DNA from: Wallemia ichthyophaga EXF-994
Taxonomy: Eukaryota; Fungi; Basidiomycota
Direction of reading: 5' to 3'
NCBI RefSeq assembly: GCF_000400465.1
Contig: NW_008806294.1
Location: 80,944 to 112,943, forward strand
Length of the DNA: 32,000 nt
Under the pieces are notes generated by a model. The model was not told the origin of the DNA and did no database searches. It saw nothing but the letters and a program-made list of their open reading frames with translations. Below are positions 12,101-24,200 of the stretch, piece after piece (within the stretch, counting starts at the first letter, position 1; each line of letters opens with the position of its first letter). Made by a program: the position numbers and the translations under genes.

Positions 12101-13346
12101 AGAGTTTGCTGATGCAGCAATGTACAAACCGTGACCGTAGTAGATAGAATCGGAGCTGATAAGATTCTTAATAGTGTTCTGATTAGGCTGGGTGGACTGA
12201 GGAGGAGGTCTGACGTGGAGCAATTCGAGACCAGTTGGAGCGGCAGAGGGCGAAGGGGTCATGTAAAAGCCATATGAGCGACGATGGTGTGTAAAGTAGA
12301 GTCTGACGCCGGTGGAAGTAACAGCCATCAAGTGAACAGACGAGGACTCTGCTGGTGAAATGACGAAAATGCGCTTAATGGAGAAAGTGCGCTGATCTAA
12401 TATCTGAGGGAAACCGGGACAGAGCATGGCAGCCTGTCTGGCGATTTCAGAAGCGGATGCGACCTTTTGAGTAGCGTGGCCATCCTTACCAAGGTGGTAT
12501 AGCTCGATAACGGAGTTTGAAGAGAGTGTGTAGAGGCAATTCCGGGCGTCATCGATGGCCAAACCAATGATAGGATCAGTAGAAGATTGCTTGAGGAACG
12601 TAGGCACAAAGTTAGCAATAGGGGAGGCAGAGTGATTCGACAAGCTGCAGCGACTCTTGAACCAGCCTTCTTCAGCTTGGTAGTTGAGTTCGTAGAGACA
12701 ACTGTCAGAACCAGAGAGGAAGATTCTACCGTCTTGGGTGCTAGTAATTGAGACCATATCGACGCCATCCGTGTTTACGGATATCCCAGTGGAGTACAGA
12801 GCCAGCTCCCTGGACGGGGAAGGAGCGGCAGAGAGACCCAACAAAGACACGGTAGAAGAAGTGCAAATTACGAGTAAATGCTTGATAGTTTCTACGAAGA
12901 CGCCAGGCTTTGGCTTAACGAGACCAACGGTGACTATGAGTTCTGGTAAATCTTCGTACGAGGCAAAGTCAATGCCATCGACGTAATCCCACAAGTAGAG
13001 CTTGTTGTCTATAGTGATCCAAGCTCTGTCGATATCTGGGAACAAGCCCATGAAGCAACGGCATTGCAGTCTGTTGTATTGCTCGAACAGGCTATCTGGG
13101 AGGTGGATAGTTTTGCGCTTAACGAACGCGTTCCAGGAAGGGGAAGGTGGGAGTGTGTAAGAGGTGCTTGCGGATGCTGTATAAGGTGTTAGCGGGTTGT
13201 TGTAGCTGGTAACATCTGGTAATATCTACCGACTCACAATTAATCAAATCATCCAATTCTGGTATTTGTTCTGCGTCTTTGGTAAGCCATTCATTTATAC
13301 AGCTACGCGCTTCATCCAATGGCTTGTAGAATGCTTCTAACGACAT
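9169..13346 (-). CDS. NUP170: Nucleoporin Nup170/Nup157/NUP155, 4 exons
   Basis: MGLFPDIDRAWITIDNKLYLWDY, HLMAVTSTGVRLYF, LFSGRHNGLVLYLSRLLRPIW and CGSFCSADDV are characteristic of the family. Short introns link the exons at about 13240-13180, 11411-11365 and 9625-9573. Confidence 0.95.
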
Positions 13347-13410
13347 GGCTTGGTTGATTCAAGAGAAGGTGTATATATGAAATTCAAAAATACATGTCAA
13401 GTACAATTTC

Positions 13411-14299
13411 TTACGCTTCCTTGTATGGATATGTTAGCTTTGGGCTATCTTTGCGACGCCAGAGCTTCTTTCTGTCGCGATGTAATGTCAGAAGCCGTTG
13501 GAGAGGATATGTGCTTATCCTTACTTTTTACCACTGCGATCTTCACCCCAAACTTCAATAGCGTGTTTTGCTTTAAATTCGCGTATGAATCGAGGATCCC
13601 TGGTTTGTGGATTTCTTTGTGAGCTTATTCGAGCAACAGCACGCGTAATAGCAAGCACAGAAGCACGAAAAACTCACCAGAGTTCACTGGCAATTCCAAG
13701 ATCCTTGCAGCATCTCATGAGTGCATTCGATTTAGCCGCTTCTGTCGCGGTTGATATTCCCGTTGGATCAAAGTACTCCTGTTCTCCACGAGCGATGGAG
13801 AATAGTCTACCACCACAAACCAGTGCGTATTCTCTGCTAACTATTTTACTATCGACTTGTACGCTCGTACGTGGTGCCAATCCCCATCCACCTGGACCAA
13901 AAGCCTTATTGAGTATGCGTCTGTATTTAATTTCAGGGAGGTATATCAAGCCATCTATCATAATAAACCGGTTAAATCGGCTGTTGAGATTCATTGTTTT
14001 CACCCACCGGGCTTCACTTCAACGTCAAGCTGGTCGACTGGTTGTGTGAGCAACTTCTCCACTTCAGGTTCAACGCGCTGGGTGGAAAGGCCACTAAAGC
14101 TCTTACTCCAGTCATCACTGAACAATGTCGCGTCTTCCGGCTGCTGTTGTAGTTCTTGTTGTGGCTGTTGTTGTGGATATTGTTGTGGTTTCTGCGTTGC
14201 TGGTGATGCCGATGCCGATGCCGATGGGGGCTTAAACGCAACTCTAGACTGAAACCTCAGTGTATTCGTTGATATTCCCCGTGAGGATATTTTCCACAT
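13411..14299 (-). CDS. MGM101: Mitochondrial genome maintenance protein Mgm101 (Rad52-like), 4 exons
   Basis: Presequence-like [11 protein letters not shown]; core [29 protein letters not shown] and [33 protein letters not shown]; C-terminus [21 protein letters not shown]. Confidence 0.97.
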
Positions 14300-14374
14300 G
14301 TTCGCAGTATGAGACAAAGGAAACGCATAAAAAGGGAAATGAAAATAAATAAATGAACCAAGTAAATCAATTGC

Positions 14375-14941
14375 CTAAACATCATTTTGGAATGGACCAT
14401 ACCGCCTAACCAATTGCTTATACTTCCTATTACTCTTCTTGATTCGATTACGTAGCTGCTTCTCAAGCAAAAGAACACAGAAGATAACGAGATCAACGTT
14501 ATTCAACGATTTGCGCTCTTCCACACACTGGCTAAGCACTATATACGGATTTCGCCTATCTGAGTGACTCCCCTCGTGGAATGAGCCAAGACACTTGCCT
14601 TGCAAATCTCTAAATCTATTTGCAATGTAAACCCAATGCGGTCCATTAGCGTTCGAAATACTGTGAATGTGCGTTGATGGCCTCTTTTCAATACGTATTT
14701 GCGGAAAATGAGATTCAATCTCTGTATAAACAAACCTATTCGCTGCTTTAGCATCTTGTATATCATGCACACCTCCTCTAAGTGTGAAAATTGGCCACAT
14801 TCCCCCACTTAGCAATGCTATTTCCTCCTTTTCGGCTACTTGTCGGTGTACCACTGTAAGGTCCAGCTTCTGGCAGTAGAATCTTGTCGGATCGAATAGT
14901 CCAGAGGGATATAGCTTCACTAGATCACTTGCAAACGACAT
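14375..14941 (-). CDS. Hypothetical protein, weak resemblance to the basidiomycete DUF6593 family
   Basis: Uninterrupted ORF of about 188 aa from the ATG at 14941, in a gap between known genes. The C-terminal VDLVIFCVLLLEKQLR resembles the DLIVVTFVYIEK-type ending of DUF6593 proteins (from memory, unverified). Confidence 0.5.
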   Translation of the reverse strand: MSFASDLVKLYPSGLFDPTRFYCQKLDLTVVHRQVAEKEEIALLSGGMWPIFTLRGGVHDIQDAKAANRFVYTEIESHFPQIRIEKRPSTHIHSISNANGPHWVYIANRFRDLQGKCLGSFHEGSHSDRRNPYIVLSQCVEERKSLNNVDLVIFCVLLLEKQLRNRIKKSNRKYKQLVRRYGPFQNDV

Positions 14942-15129
14942 GAATGTATAAGCCAAGAAAATAATGCAGATTCTCACGCGCAGGCACATTATATGTCACT
15001 TGACCTACAAGCTGACCAAGACATTCTTGCCAAAACACCAACAAGCATAACCGTTAAGAAGAATGAATCGAAATTATAACAAGAACAAAGGATTTAAGTT
15101 TTCGACTTGTACGTTTACTAATTATGTGC

Positions 15130-16530
15130 TTATTGGTTCTTACAGTCACCACCCTCACCTTGTGGAGGAGGTTGAGGAGCATCTTCGTCATCATCGTCGT
15201 CTTCATCCTCATCCTCATCCTCACTCTCAAAGTCCTCGTCATCCGCCATATTAGTGAATTCGAGTGCTTTGCCAGTGAAGTAGTCGACTGCGCGTGGTAT
15301 AACTCTCTCCTTCAATTCCTCACCCAACGAAAAGTCCATCTCTAATCTCTCATCGAGCTCTGCCATTTCATCCTCCTCCTCTTCATCTTCGTTCTCCTCG
15401 ATACGCGCATGTGGTGGCTTTGGTGGATTGAAAAAGTTGAAAAATGAGTCATCTGGGACAACCTTCTTAACGACTCTGGTTCTGTTAGTGTTTTTGTTGC
15501 GCTGCTTCTTTACTTCGATGCGCTTAGTGAGGTCTTTTTCGCCGTCTTCACCCTTCCAACTGATCTCACAGCCCTCAGCTCTGTCGTAGATAAAGTCACC
15601 AGTGTAGCCAACTTCATCTTGGTAGTAGTAAGTCTTTGTAAGAGCTGAGTTGGAGAAGTAGTCATTCTCCGCAAAGTGGAAAGTGAGCTGGAAGCCAGCT
15701 TGTTGAGATTCTGAGCCAGGTTGTGGAAGGTACGACAGTCTAATGTCAACCAGACGCTCTAAAGCCTCATTGTCACGCTCATTAATTACATCAGCAATTC
15801 CTGGGTGATTTTGAAGGGCAGTCAACCAGAATTGAGGGATACCTTTAACGTCGCCGAGTTGCTTAGATGATTCCGATGCTTGAGGGGCTTGTTCGTCGGT
15901 TTCTAATTGAAGACCATCCTCTTTATCCACCTCTTCGCCCTTGATAAGCTCCTCAGGCGAAGGCTCCTGTTCACCGGCAATAAGCATCTTACGACGCTGG
16001 TAAATTGGTTCATAACGGAGCGCAAACTTCTTCTCTAACTCGAGAATTTCTTTTTGGAACTGAGATTCAATCTTGTTGTGATCAGATTGTAAAGCTTTCA
16101 ATGCAGAAACGCGCTGCTTGACTTCCTCGGGGAGTGATTCGATGTAGCCTGATGATTTTCCAACTAAGCCAGCGAGGCGGCCTGCATTGAGTATGAGATG
16201 ATTTACGGGCAGCATTATAAGCCTTTACCTTGCATCAATTGCTGGAGTGCGCCTACAGGCAAATTGGCTGCTGCAGAGGATTCACCAGCTTCATCTTCGC
16301 CAATTGCAGCGACAGTTGGCCTGGAATAACCCTCTCTTCCAAGTGGTGCAGCGTTGAGTGGAGCTGTACATCGTCTGAGATTATTTCTGAGTAATTTGGA
16401 TGACTAACTGTTCTGTGGCGTAGGAGCTCCTGCAGCGCCCTGATTCGAGCTATTAGTCGTTTATTAGGTTAAGTTAGGTTTAACGCACTTTTCTCTCTGG
16501 AATTGAGTGTCCGTCTTCTTGGCTACTCAT
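15130..16530 (-). CDS. NAP1: Nucleosome assembly protein Nap1, 4 exons
   Basis: The spliced N-terminus contains APTPQNTP and RLAGLVGKSSGYIESLP. The core has KGIPQFWLTALQNH, FYFAENDYF-like FHFAENDYFSNSALTKTYYY, GCEISWK and SFFNFF. Acidic tail ending in CKNQ. Confidence 0.97.
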
Positions 16531-16767
16531 TGGTGGTTTCTGTTTGAGGCACTACGGACGCAGCTTTCAAGTTTTACAAACCCAAATTTTGATATTAACT
16601 AGTTCTTTATTGGGTGTTGGTGTGACTTGTAGTCTATACGTTTATATATGCCTCCCCATTGCACACCTCCCAGCACACATCATACCATTCACACATGTAC
16701 TTGAAACGCAATATTCAAAATACTTTATATTTGTTATTATGGACGCTTGTTTTATTCATTTCCCCGT

Positions 16768-18074
16768 TTACTCTGGCCCTGTGCCATTTTCTGTTGTTTT
16801 TTCAGCTTTTTCATCTGGCTTTGAGGTGTCTTGAGTGCCCTGATCAGCTGGTTTCTCAGTGTTCTCTGGGTTTGATGTGTTGTCTGCTTGGTTTGAATTG
16901 TTTGCATTGTCTGTATTCTCCTTCTTATCCTCCTTCTTATCTTCCTTATCCTCCTCCGCTGGCTTATCGGCATTTTCATCGACCTTCTCATCGACTTTTT
17001 CTTCCTTGCTATCATTTTCTTCTTTCTTTTCCTCATCTACCTTCATCTCCTCTTGCTCACCTTCCTTCTTATCACCTTGCTCACCCTCCTTTTTCTCCTC
17101 CTTCTCGCCTTCTTCTTCCTCCTTCTTTTCATCGGCACCATTAGCAGCCAGTATCTTCTCAAATTTGTCGTAGAGCACCTGTGAACGCTCACGAATCTTG
17201 TACTCATTGTCCTCTGGAATATTCTCCATTCCAATGATACGCTTGAGTACCTTGTTAATCTTAGAAGTAGTAATCGCTTCGACAGACACATCGCTATCAC
17301 CCTCGATCATCTTATACTGAGCATCAGCTTTAGGCATAACTTCAGCCTTGACGGGTTCAAAGCCCAAGAAGATACGCTGCAACTCGTGTCTCCAAGACTT
17401 AACCTTTGTTGGCTCATCCGTCTCATCTTCGACGTCGCTGCCAGTAACCTTGTTAGTTTTTCTATGTTCCGTCTTTGTCTTCTTAGCGGAGCTCTTTCCA
17501 GTACCCTTACTGCGACGCTTGCTGCCAGCGGCCTCCTCGTCCTCCTCATCGTCCAACTCGTCCTCTGCTTCCATCTCAGCCAGTCTTCTCTCGTGCTCCT
17601 CCTCCCAGTCGACGGGATCGAGAGCGATCTGATAGCCCTTGCGCAAATCGCCCTCGCGCTTCTTGCTGCTGTCGTCGAGGTACTTTGTGATTTCGCCTTT
17701 GGTGAGGGCGCTCATCTCCTTTGTATTCGCCCACATATACTCGCCCGTGGGATAGAAGCGTATAGCGTAGACGTCCTTCTTCTTCTTAGGCTTGTCTCTC
17801 TGAACGCGGGGTGGGACGTTCTCCGACTTGATAATCTGGGTGAGTGGGAGAGTGAGTGTGTATCCAACGCGTACAAACACACCCACTAACCTTCCCCGGC
17901 CACGCTGGATAGCCTTTGATCTTTCCAAGCACGATATCGCCCTCGTTGTACTTGTGCTCTGCGTCTCCCGCGACGAATGGCTCTGACCTGCGTTTATCCA
18001 ATTGTAAATATAATTAATCCCCGCTGATATCCTCCGCACACTCACTTGCGTCCTCCTTTCTTGTTTGCTGACAT
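16768..18074 (-). CDS. PWWP-domain chromatin protein (Pdp3/Ioc4/HDGF-like), 3 exons
   Basis: ATG at 18074. YNEGDIVLGKIKGYPAWPGK, an intron, then YAIRFYPTGEYMW form a PWWP domain. Later WRHELQRIFL...ITTSKINKVLKRI helical domain and an acidic/lysine-rich tail. Confidence 0.88.
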
Positions 18075-18158
18075 GCCTCTCGATTCGTACGCGACTGTAA
18101 TGAAGCAAGAAGTTGGGTAATTCATCGCGTCGGTTTATCGTTTAGTCTATTTTACAAG

Positions 18159-19927
18159 TTACAGCTCTGGCGTACGGGCGCTGTCTCTGGTCATTATTTT
18201 CTCCCGCGCGTACTCTTTCACTGTGTTAGCGTGCTCAGTGAGGATGCGAGCGGCGTTGGCAAGTGAATCGTAGACTAGCCAGCCAAATCTAGTCACCCAT
18301 GTATACACGGTATACTCAGTATACTCAGTGTTTTCTGTTGCTGCCTGTGTCGCTACCCCCGTCTTCCTCGCCTCGTACAGCTTCCTAAACACCTCTATAT
18401 TCTCAATAGATTCGGATATTCTATGGAATGTATTGAACAGCGCCACCACTTCTGAGCGTTGTAGTGTATTCGGCTGTCTGTACTTGGTTAGCCTTACACA
18501 GACGCTCTATCTTACCTACTTGATTTCATCTCCATCCAATCCGAATAGTATTTTCAACGCCGCGCCTATCCCACTCACTTGCACTTTACCCCAGAGTCTG
18601 CACTTATCGCAACCGACGCAATCCATTATCCGCGACACGTTCCGGAAATGTGCCTTGAATTCCTCCTTGAGTATCTGCTTGCCGGGACCACCATCAAAGA
18701 TGGTACCCTCTTGGAAAGTATCCCCGCACGCTGTAACTCTGTCCATTGTATCGTTCATGTACTGACGCGTGAGCGCATCTGCTATGCCATCTCCAACTGA
18801 CGTGTCATAGTGATCGAGGAGAGGCCTAGCTCTTGCGACGGCGCGTGTGAGTAGGGCGTGCAAGAAGTATATATTCTGTATCCTTTCCGGATACTGCGAG
18901 AGTTTAGTGGTGAAGCAATCCAAATTTGGACTCTGGAACGGGTGTGTGAGTGTGGTGAAAAACTTGAAAATTCTACTCAAACGCACCCATTCGCCAGTCT
19001 CCTGGTTGAGCCACTCGGAGCATATGTGCATGGATATAGAGGAGTGCAATCCGCTAATGAGCTTGTAGTACACCCTCTTCTCCACACACATGTCGTTCTC
19101 GCCGTCGAGATCGATATCAAAGCCGGGTTCGAGACCTGGTTGCCCAGCACCTAAAGCGCCACCAGCGCCCGTCAACAGACCGAGTGAGGGTGGTGCCTGA
19201 CTGACCTGGGCTACGCCACTCTGTAGCCTTCCTGAAGACTCAAAGAAGTCAGCCACGCCGAAGCAGTTCTCCTTGTAAATGGTATCCCATACGCGCTGCG
19301 CAGATGGTCCTGAATACCCCGTAAAACGTTCAGGATTCCGTGCAAGATCAACGTACACTCCTGAAGGAGAAGAATCGTCTGGAGTGTAGCAGAAATCAGA
19401 CACGCGTGCAAAACACGCTGGATGATTGCTGTCGTTGGCATCTTGAACGTCGTTGAGGCTTGAAAGTGCTTGTGCTCGCCATTTATGAGGAATTTTAGAC
19501 TATTTGGGTTTATTTAGGGGACAGATAGTGCGCTGGCATGTCTTACATACCTCGTCTTCCTCAGTTTCAACGCCACAGTCTCTGCTCATGCAGAGAGAGT
19601 CTTCCTGCCAGAATGGGCACTCTTCAAAGAGGTCCACCTTGAAATAACGGAAGAAAGGCGTGTGTACGAGGTGGCTAAGTGGCTCGTAGAGGTTGCTAGT
19701 AGCGTCCTCAATGGTCTCATAGAGGCAGTACGCGTCTTCAATTTGGCCAGAAGGCTGTCTGTGTGTTATTGGGTTGTATCCAAGGCTATCAGGGCCATAT
19801 CACTCACGCTGCAATACCTATCAGAATCACTGGGATGCTCGAGGACATTAGCAACACCCTGGTTTGATAGGCTGTGGAGGCTGTTGATTAAACCACAGAT
19901 TATAAGGCTAACACAGGCATATCTCAT
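18159..19927 (-). CDS. ERO1: ER oxidoreductin Ero1, 5 exons
   Basis: Signal peptide (MRYACVSLIICG), FRYFKVDLFEECPFW, NPERFTGYSG, LISGLHSSISMHIC, and the inner active site RIMDCVGCDKCRLWGKVQ. Ends in ...PEL, similar to an ER-retention signal. Confidence 0.97.
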
Positions 19928-19982
19928 TGGAGTGTGTAAACAAGAGTGGATTCCTCTTTGAACCCAAACTTCCATCATCAAA

Positions 19983-21038
19983 ATGGCTAGCAAGCAAGAC
20001 TTAATGGCTATGGGATTTGAAGAGGCGCGTGTTGATTGGGCTTTGAGTGGTGTGTTCGATTGTTCGTGACATAATCAATCTCAACTACAATCAGCCACAA
20101 AGAACGGCAATATGGATGTTGTCCTTGATCACATTGAATCAAATGCGGAGAATCAAGTCCCAGATATTTCAGAGCAGGCAGAACATGCAGAACAAGTGGT
20201 GTGTATTCCTCGTCTTCTCTGTCTTCTCAGCACTCCCCACTCACACCGCGAAGCCAGCAAGCATCAGATGCGACGACTGCAACAAACTCTTCAAAGACCA
20301 GGCTCTGGCTGGCTACCACGCTGAGAAATCTGGCCACGCCTCTTTCTCTCAATCCACAGAGGAAATCAAACCTCTGACTGAGGATGAGAAGGCTGAGCGT
20401 CTCCAACAGCTCAAATCTAAAATGGACGAAAAGCGCAAGGTACAGGCTGAAGCTGGTAAAGAGGACGATAAGAGGAATGAGCTCATAAGGGTACAGCGTG
20501 GAAAGGTTGGTTGACTGAATCTGCACAATCTTTTCTTATTTCCCCTTTTTCACAGGAAGATCAAGCTGTTAGAGAGGAGTTGAAAGCAAAGGAGCTTAAA
20601 AAAGATCTTGAAAAGAAGAAAAAGGAGAAAGAGGAGGATAAGAAGGCTATGGCACGCGTCAAGCAGCAAATTGAAGCTGATAAGAGGGAGAGAGCTGAGA
20701 AGGCTGCCAAGGATAAGGCTTTAAGGGAGGGTAAGGTTGATACAGCAACACCCGCACAACCATCAAAGCCAGTGATCCCTAAGGTATCCACTTCAAATGC
20801 TACGGATACGAGACTTCAGCTACGTACTCCTAGTGGACCACTCACAACCACCCTCAAGGTCGACAATACTCTCACAGATGTTAGTGACTTCATCGCTACT
20901 CAACAGATGGTTGAGGCTTCCAATCTGACTTTCTCTACTACTTTCCCTGCACGCACCTTCACAGATGATGAAATGAGCAAATCATTAAAGCAACTCGATT
21001 TAGTCCCTTCTGCTGCGCTGATTGTGAAGTTCAAGTAG
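19983..21038 (+). CDS. UBA-C2H2-UBX Cdc48/p97 adaptor (UBXN1/SAKS1-like), 4 exons
   Basis: N-terminal UBA (LMAMGFEEARVDWAL...MDVVLDHI), zinc finger SIRCDDCNKLFKDQALAGYHAEKSGH, coiled coil, and C-terminal UBX (TRLQLR...FSTTFPARTF...LDLVPSAALIV). Confidence 0.92.
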
Positions 21039-21212
21039 AGTGAAAATCTTCATGACATAACGAGAGTAATTTTGTACAAGCAGTGATATATAATTGCATT
21101 TGATATACATTTGCAACAAGGCACCTTCAAAACATTTTTACTATACTTGCAATTTTCCAAATCAACATCCACTAGCCGTGCCGCTGCCGCGAACGACTCG
21201 AATGGAAATCTC

Positions 21213-24200
21213 ATGAGCAGATTGAGTATCTACGAACAAAAACCACCGAATTGGCGGCTGCCAATCTCCTCTACGTCATTAGAATATCCAGATTACCAGC
21301 CACCAATTCCAGGCAAGGATGAGGATATCATCAACCAGAGTACCGTGCGGAATGGCTACACAGCGCCCCCAGCGGTACAGAACGAAACGTTTAGCTGCCA
21401 CCAGCTAATTATAGACAGCCTACAAACCAATAACGTTGCTCAAAATCTAAATTTCATCTTCAAATCAGCATTGGACATTCGACACACCCGAAATCACCCG
21501 CAATCAAACTATATTAGAGATGGCGGTGGTGCGGATGCTCATATATACTTCCAGCAGCTCGCATCTCCCGAAATCCCGCTTCAATCTCTCCTTAAACTCC
21601 CCAGGAACCTAAAGCCAGAATCTATCCTAAATCACCTGGAACAGCACCACGTGGATCCACAGAGATCCGTTTGGCTGGTCAAGCTAGCTAGCAGACAATC
21701 CTCCAACTACACGCAGCTATCGATGGAATGGTCCAATCTCCTCACTCAGCGCCTATCTAGTAAGCTTGTTGAGCTTCCGATTCCTGAGAGTACAAGCACT
21801 CCAAACGGCTCATCCACCACGAATCACTTGAACAGCCATTCCTGGCTTTCTCAGTTTTCTTTCTTGTGAGTTGGTAATGTTGGTGGTGATTCTCCTTCTA
21901 ACCCAGCACACAGACTCGACATTCTACGCGCTTTCATCGCTAATGGCTTATTAGATAGTCTCACTCTCCATCAGTGGCTGTTAAACCACCTCAAGCACAT
22001 CCATCTCGCTAGACTCCCTCTGATTGCTACACTCGCGCTGGAGAACATTGAAGCTTTCTACTCGTCGCATCAACTCAGTAATGTTTTAGTGGCAGCTGCA
22101 TGTCGCCGTATCATCGAGCTCAGGGTGGCTCATGCCAATGAGCACTTGACTTGTCTTGCTCGCTCACTCGAGCGTATTATCGTTGTAGGTGAACATCCAC
22201 ATTAGAATCGCCTCCAATAACATCACAACCAGCTCACATTTGATCGCTTTTCGTATTCATTCATATCCCCAAAACTCTGGCTGGAATTTTCACCCCTGTT
22301 TCAGTCCCTGCTCCACACGCATTCTATTTACCCGGAAATCAAGCTGCGCAATAACAGACTACTTTACGGTAACAAAGATAAGGCACACACATACACACAC
22401 TACTGCCCTCGTCAATCCCTCATGCGCGATATCAACGTCCTTGATTCAATTAACACCCATACCAACATACGTGCCTTGGCGTTGGACTTTTTCGAGCCTA
22501 GCAATCACAGCAACGCACGCTCTTTTACAGATAAAGTAAATACTTTGCTCGAATGGGCTGTCAGCGACTACCGCAGCAGCCAGCACAGATGCTACGCTGT
22601 TGCTACTCTCCTGCGTTTCTACGTCTCTCTTCAACTCAAACTCAACCAAAAACCTTGCTCAAAAGACGCTATTAAACACGAAATACAGCATCTCGTTTTT
22701 GTTTGGCTAGAAGGGGAGTCTAGGGGGCGCAGAGAGTGTGATATCCATAAGCTTCTCAGCGAGCTTGTTAGGAGACGCGTTTTCAACTACAGTCTGTACA
22801 TGCAGCATATTATAGCATCCGGACTGATGGCCAACCCGAAAAAGAAGGCCATTCACTCAAACGTACTTCTCAACATGCCTCTCTTCGATGCTTCGATATC
22901 TGTTGTCAATCTCCGCCGTATGGCCATGGATTGCGATGTCAACGCTAGTTGCGAGAAATCAATGGAAAATCTTACGCGCAATTTTCGCGCACTCTTACCC
23001 AGGCTGTATAAGAAGACGGAGAGTATCCCTGCAATCACCACACTCGATTTGGAGAATACATTCAGCCCATACAAGAAATTACCGCTCTTCTACCAGTACC
23101 GCGCTATACACAGCAACCTACTCCCATCAGTTGCAGCCTTTACCGATGCTAAAACGGGCGAATCGAGGTTAGGTGTGGAAGAGCTCGCTACTATCATCAG
23201 CATACTAGAGTACTTTGAAGACTACGCATCGGTCCACGCACTGATAGAGGGTTTGCTACCGACGATAAATAACCGTCAGGTATTGTTCTTGCTGATGGAC
23301 GCAATCCGCCGCAGCTGGACGGTGCTGGTTAGTATGAACGCGATGGCGGCGCTGACAGTGAAGTTCATAGCCAAGTATGACATGGTCCACTCAAGTGGGG
23401 GGCAAGTACGACCGCTGGTACTTCTGCTCGTGACAGCGCGAGAGCACATGCAGCTACCTGCGCACCTCGAGCGACCAGTGCAGGAAGCCGTCTCCTCGCT
23501 GGAAAAGTCCCTCACGACGACCGTGTCGTCATCCGCCCCCCCGCGAAGCATTGCGGATGTGCAGATGCTGCTACATGACAACAGTGCGGCAAACGCAGCA
23601 GACCTGGCGACGACGCTGTGGTACCGTCACTCGGCACATACCCAATGGGGTGCGTCGGTGTGGGAGGGAGTTCTCGATGCGCTGCGCGTCGGCCACGCTC
23701 GCGACATCGCTATTACTAAGCACCACCTCACTTGCTTCGCGGTGTTCCTACACGAAGTCAACAACCGCGCTGCGGGCGGGCTCGAGCGGTACATTACGGC
23801 GAGTCTCGCTGCTCATCCACAGACTCTGCTTGGGGGGGAGCTGGAGCTGAGCGATGCAGTAAAAAGCATAGTCGTTCAGATGGTCGTGCGAAGGGTCGTC
23901 CAAACTACCGCTTTTATCGAGGACGTCTATCTGCCCCTGATGTCGCGCGGGGTGGGCGCAAAGGTGGTGGTCTGTCTTAACAATATACTGCTGGCGGTGC
24001 TGGCGCCTGAGACGCAGCCGCCCATGGTGCTCAGCGATTATCAACACCTCGTCACTCGCAGAGGGAAGGCTTACAGACAGCCGCACCTCGCCAGACTCGC
24101 TCAAGTCCTGCCCACCCTCGTCGCACTCGAAGTGGGCGGGAGCGGGAACGGGAATGAGTGCGCCGATGGAAATCCCCCCCATCTCTCAGAATCTGCCAAA

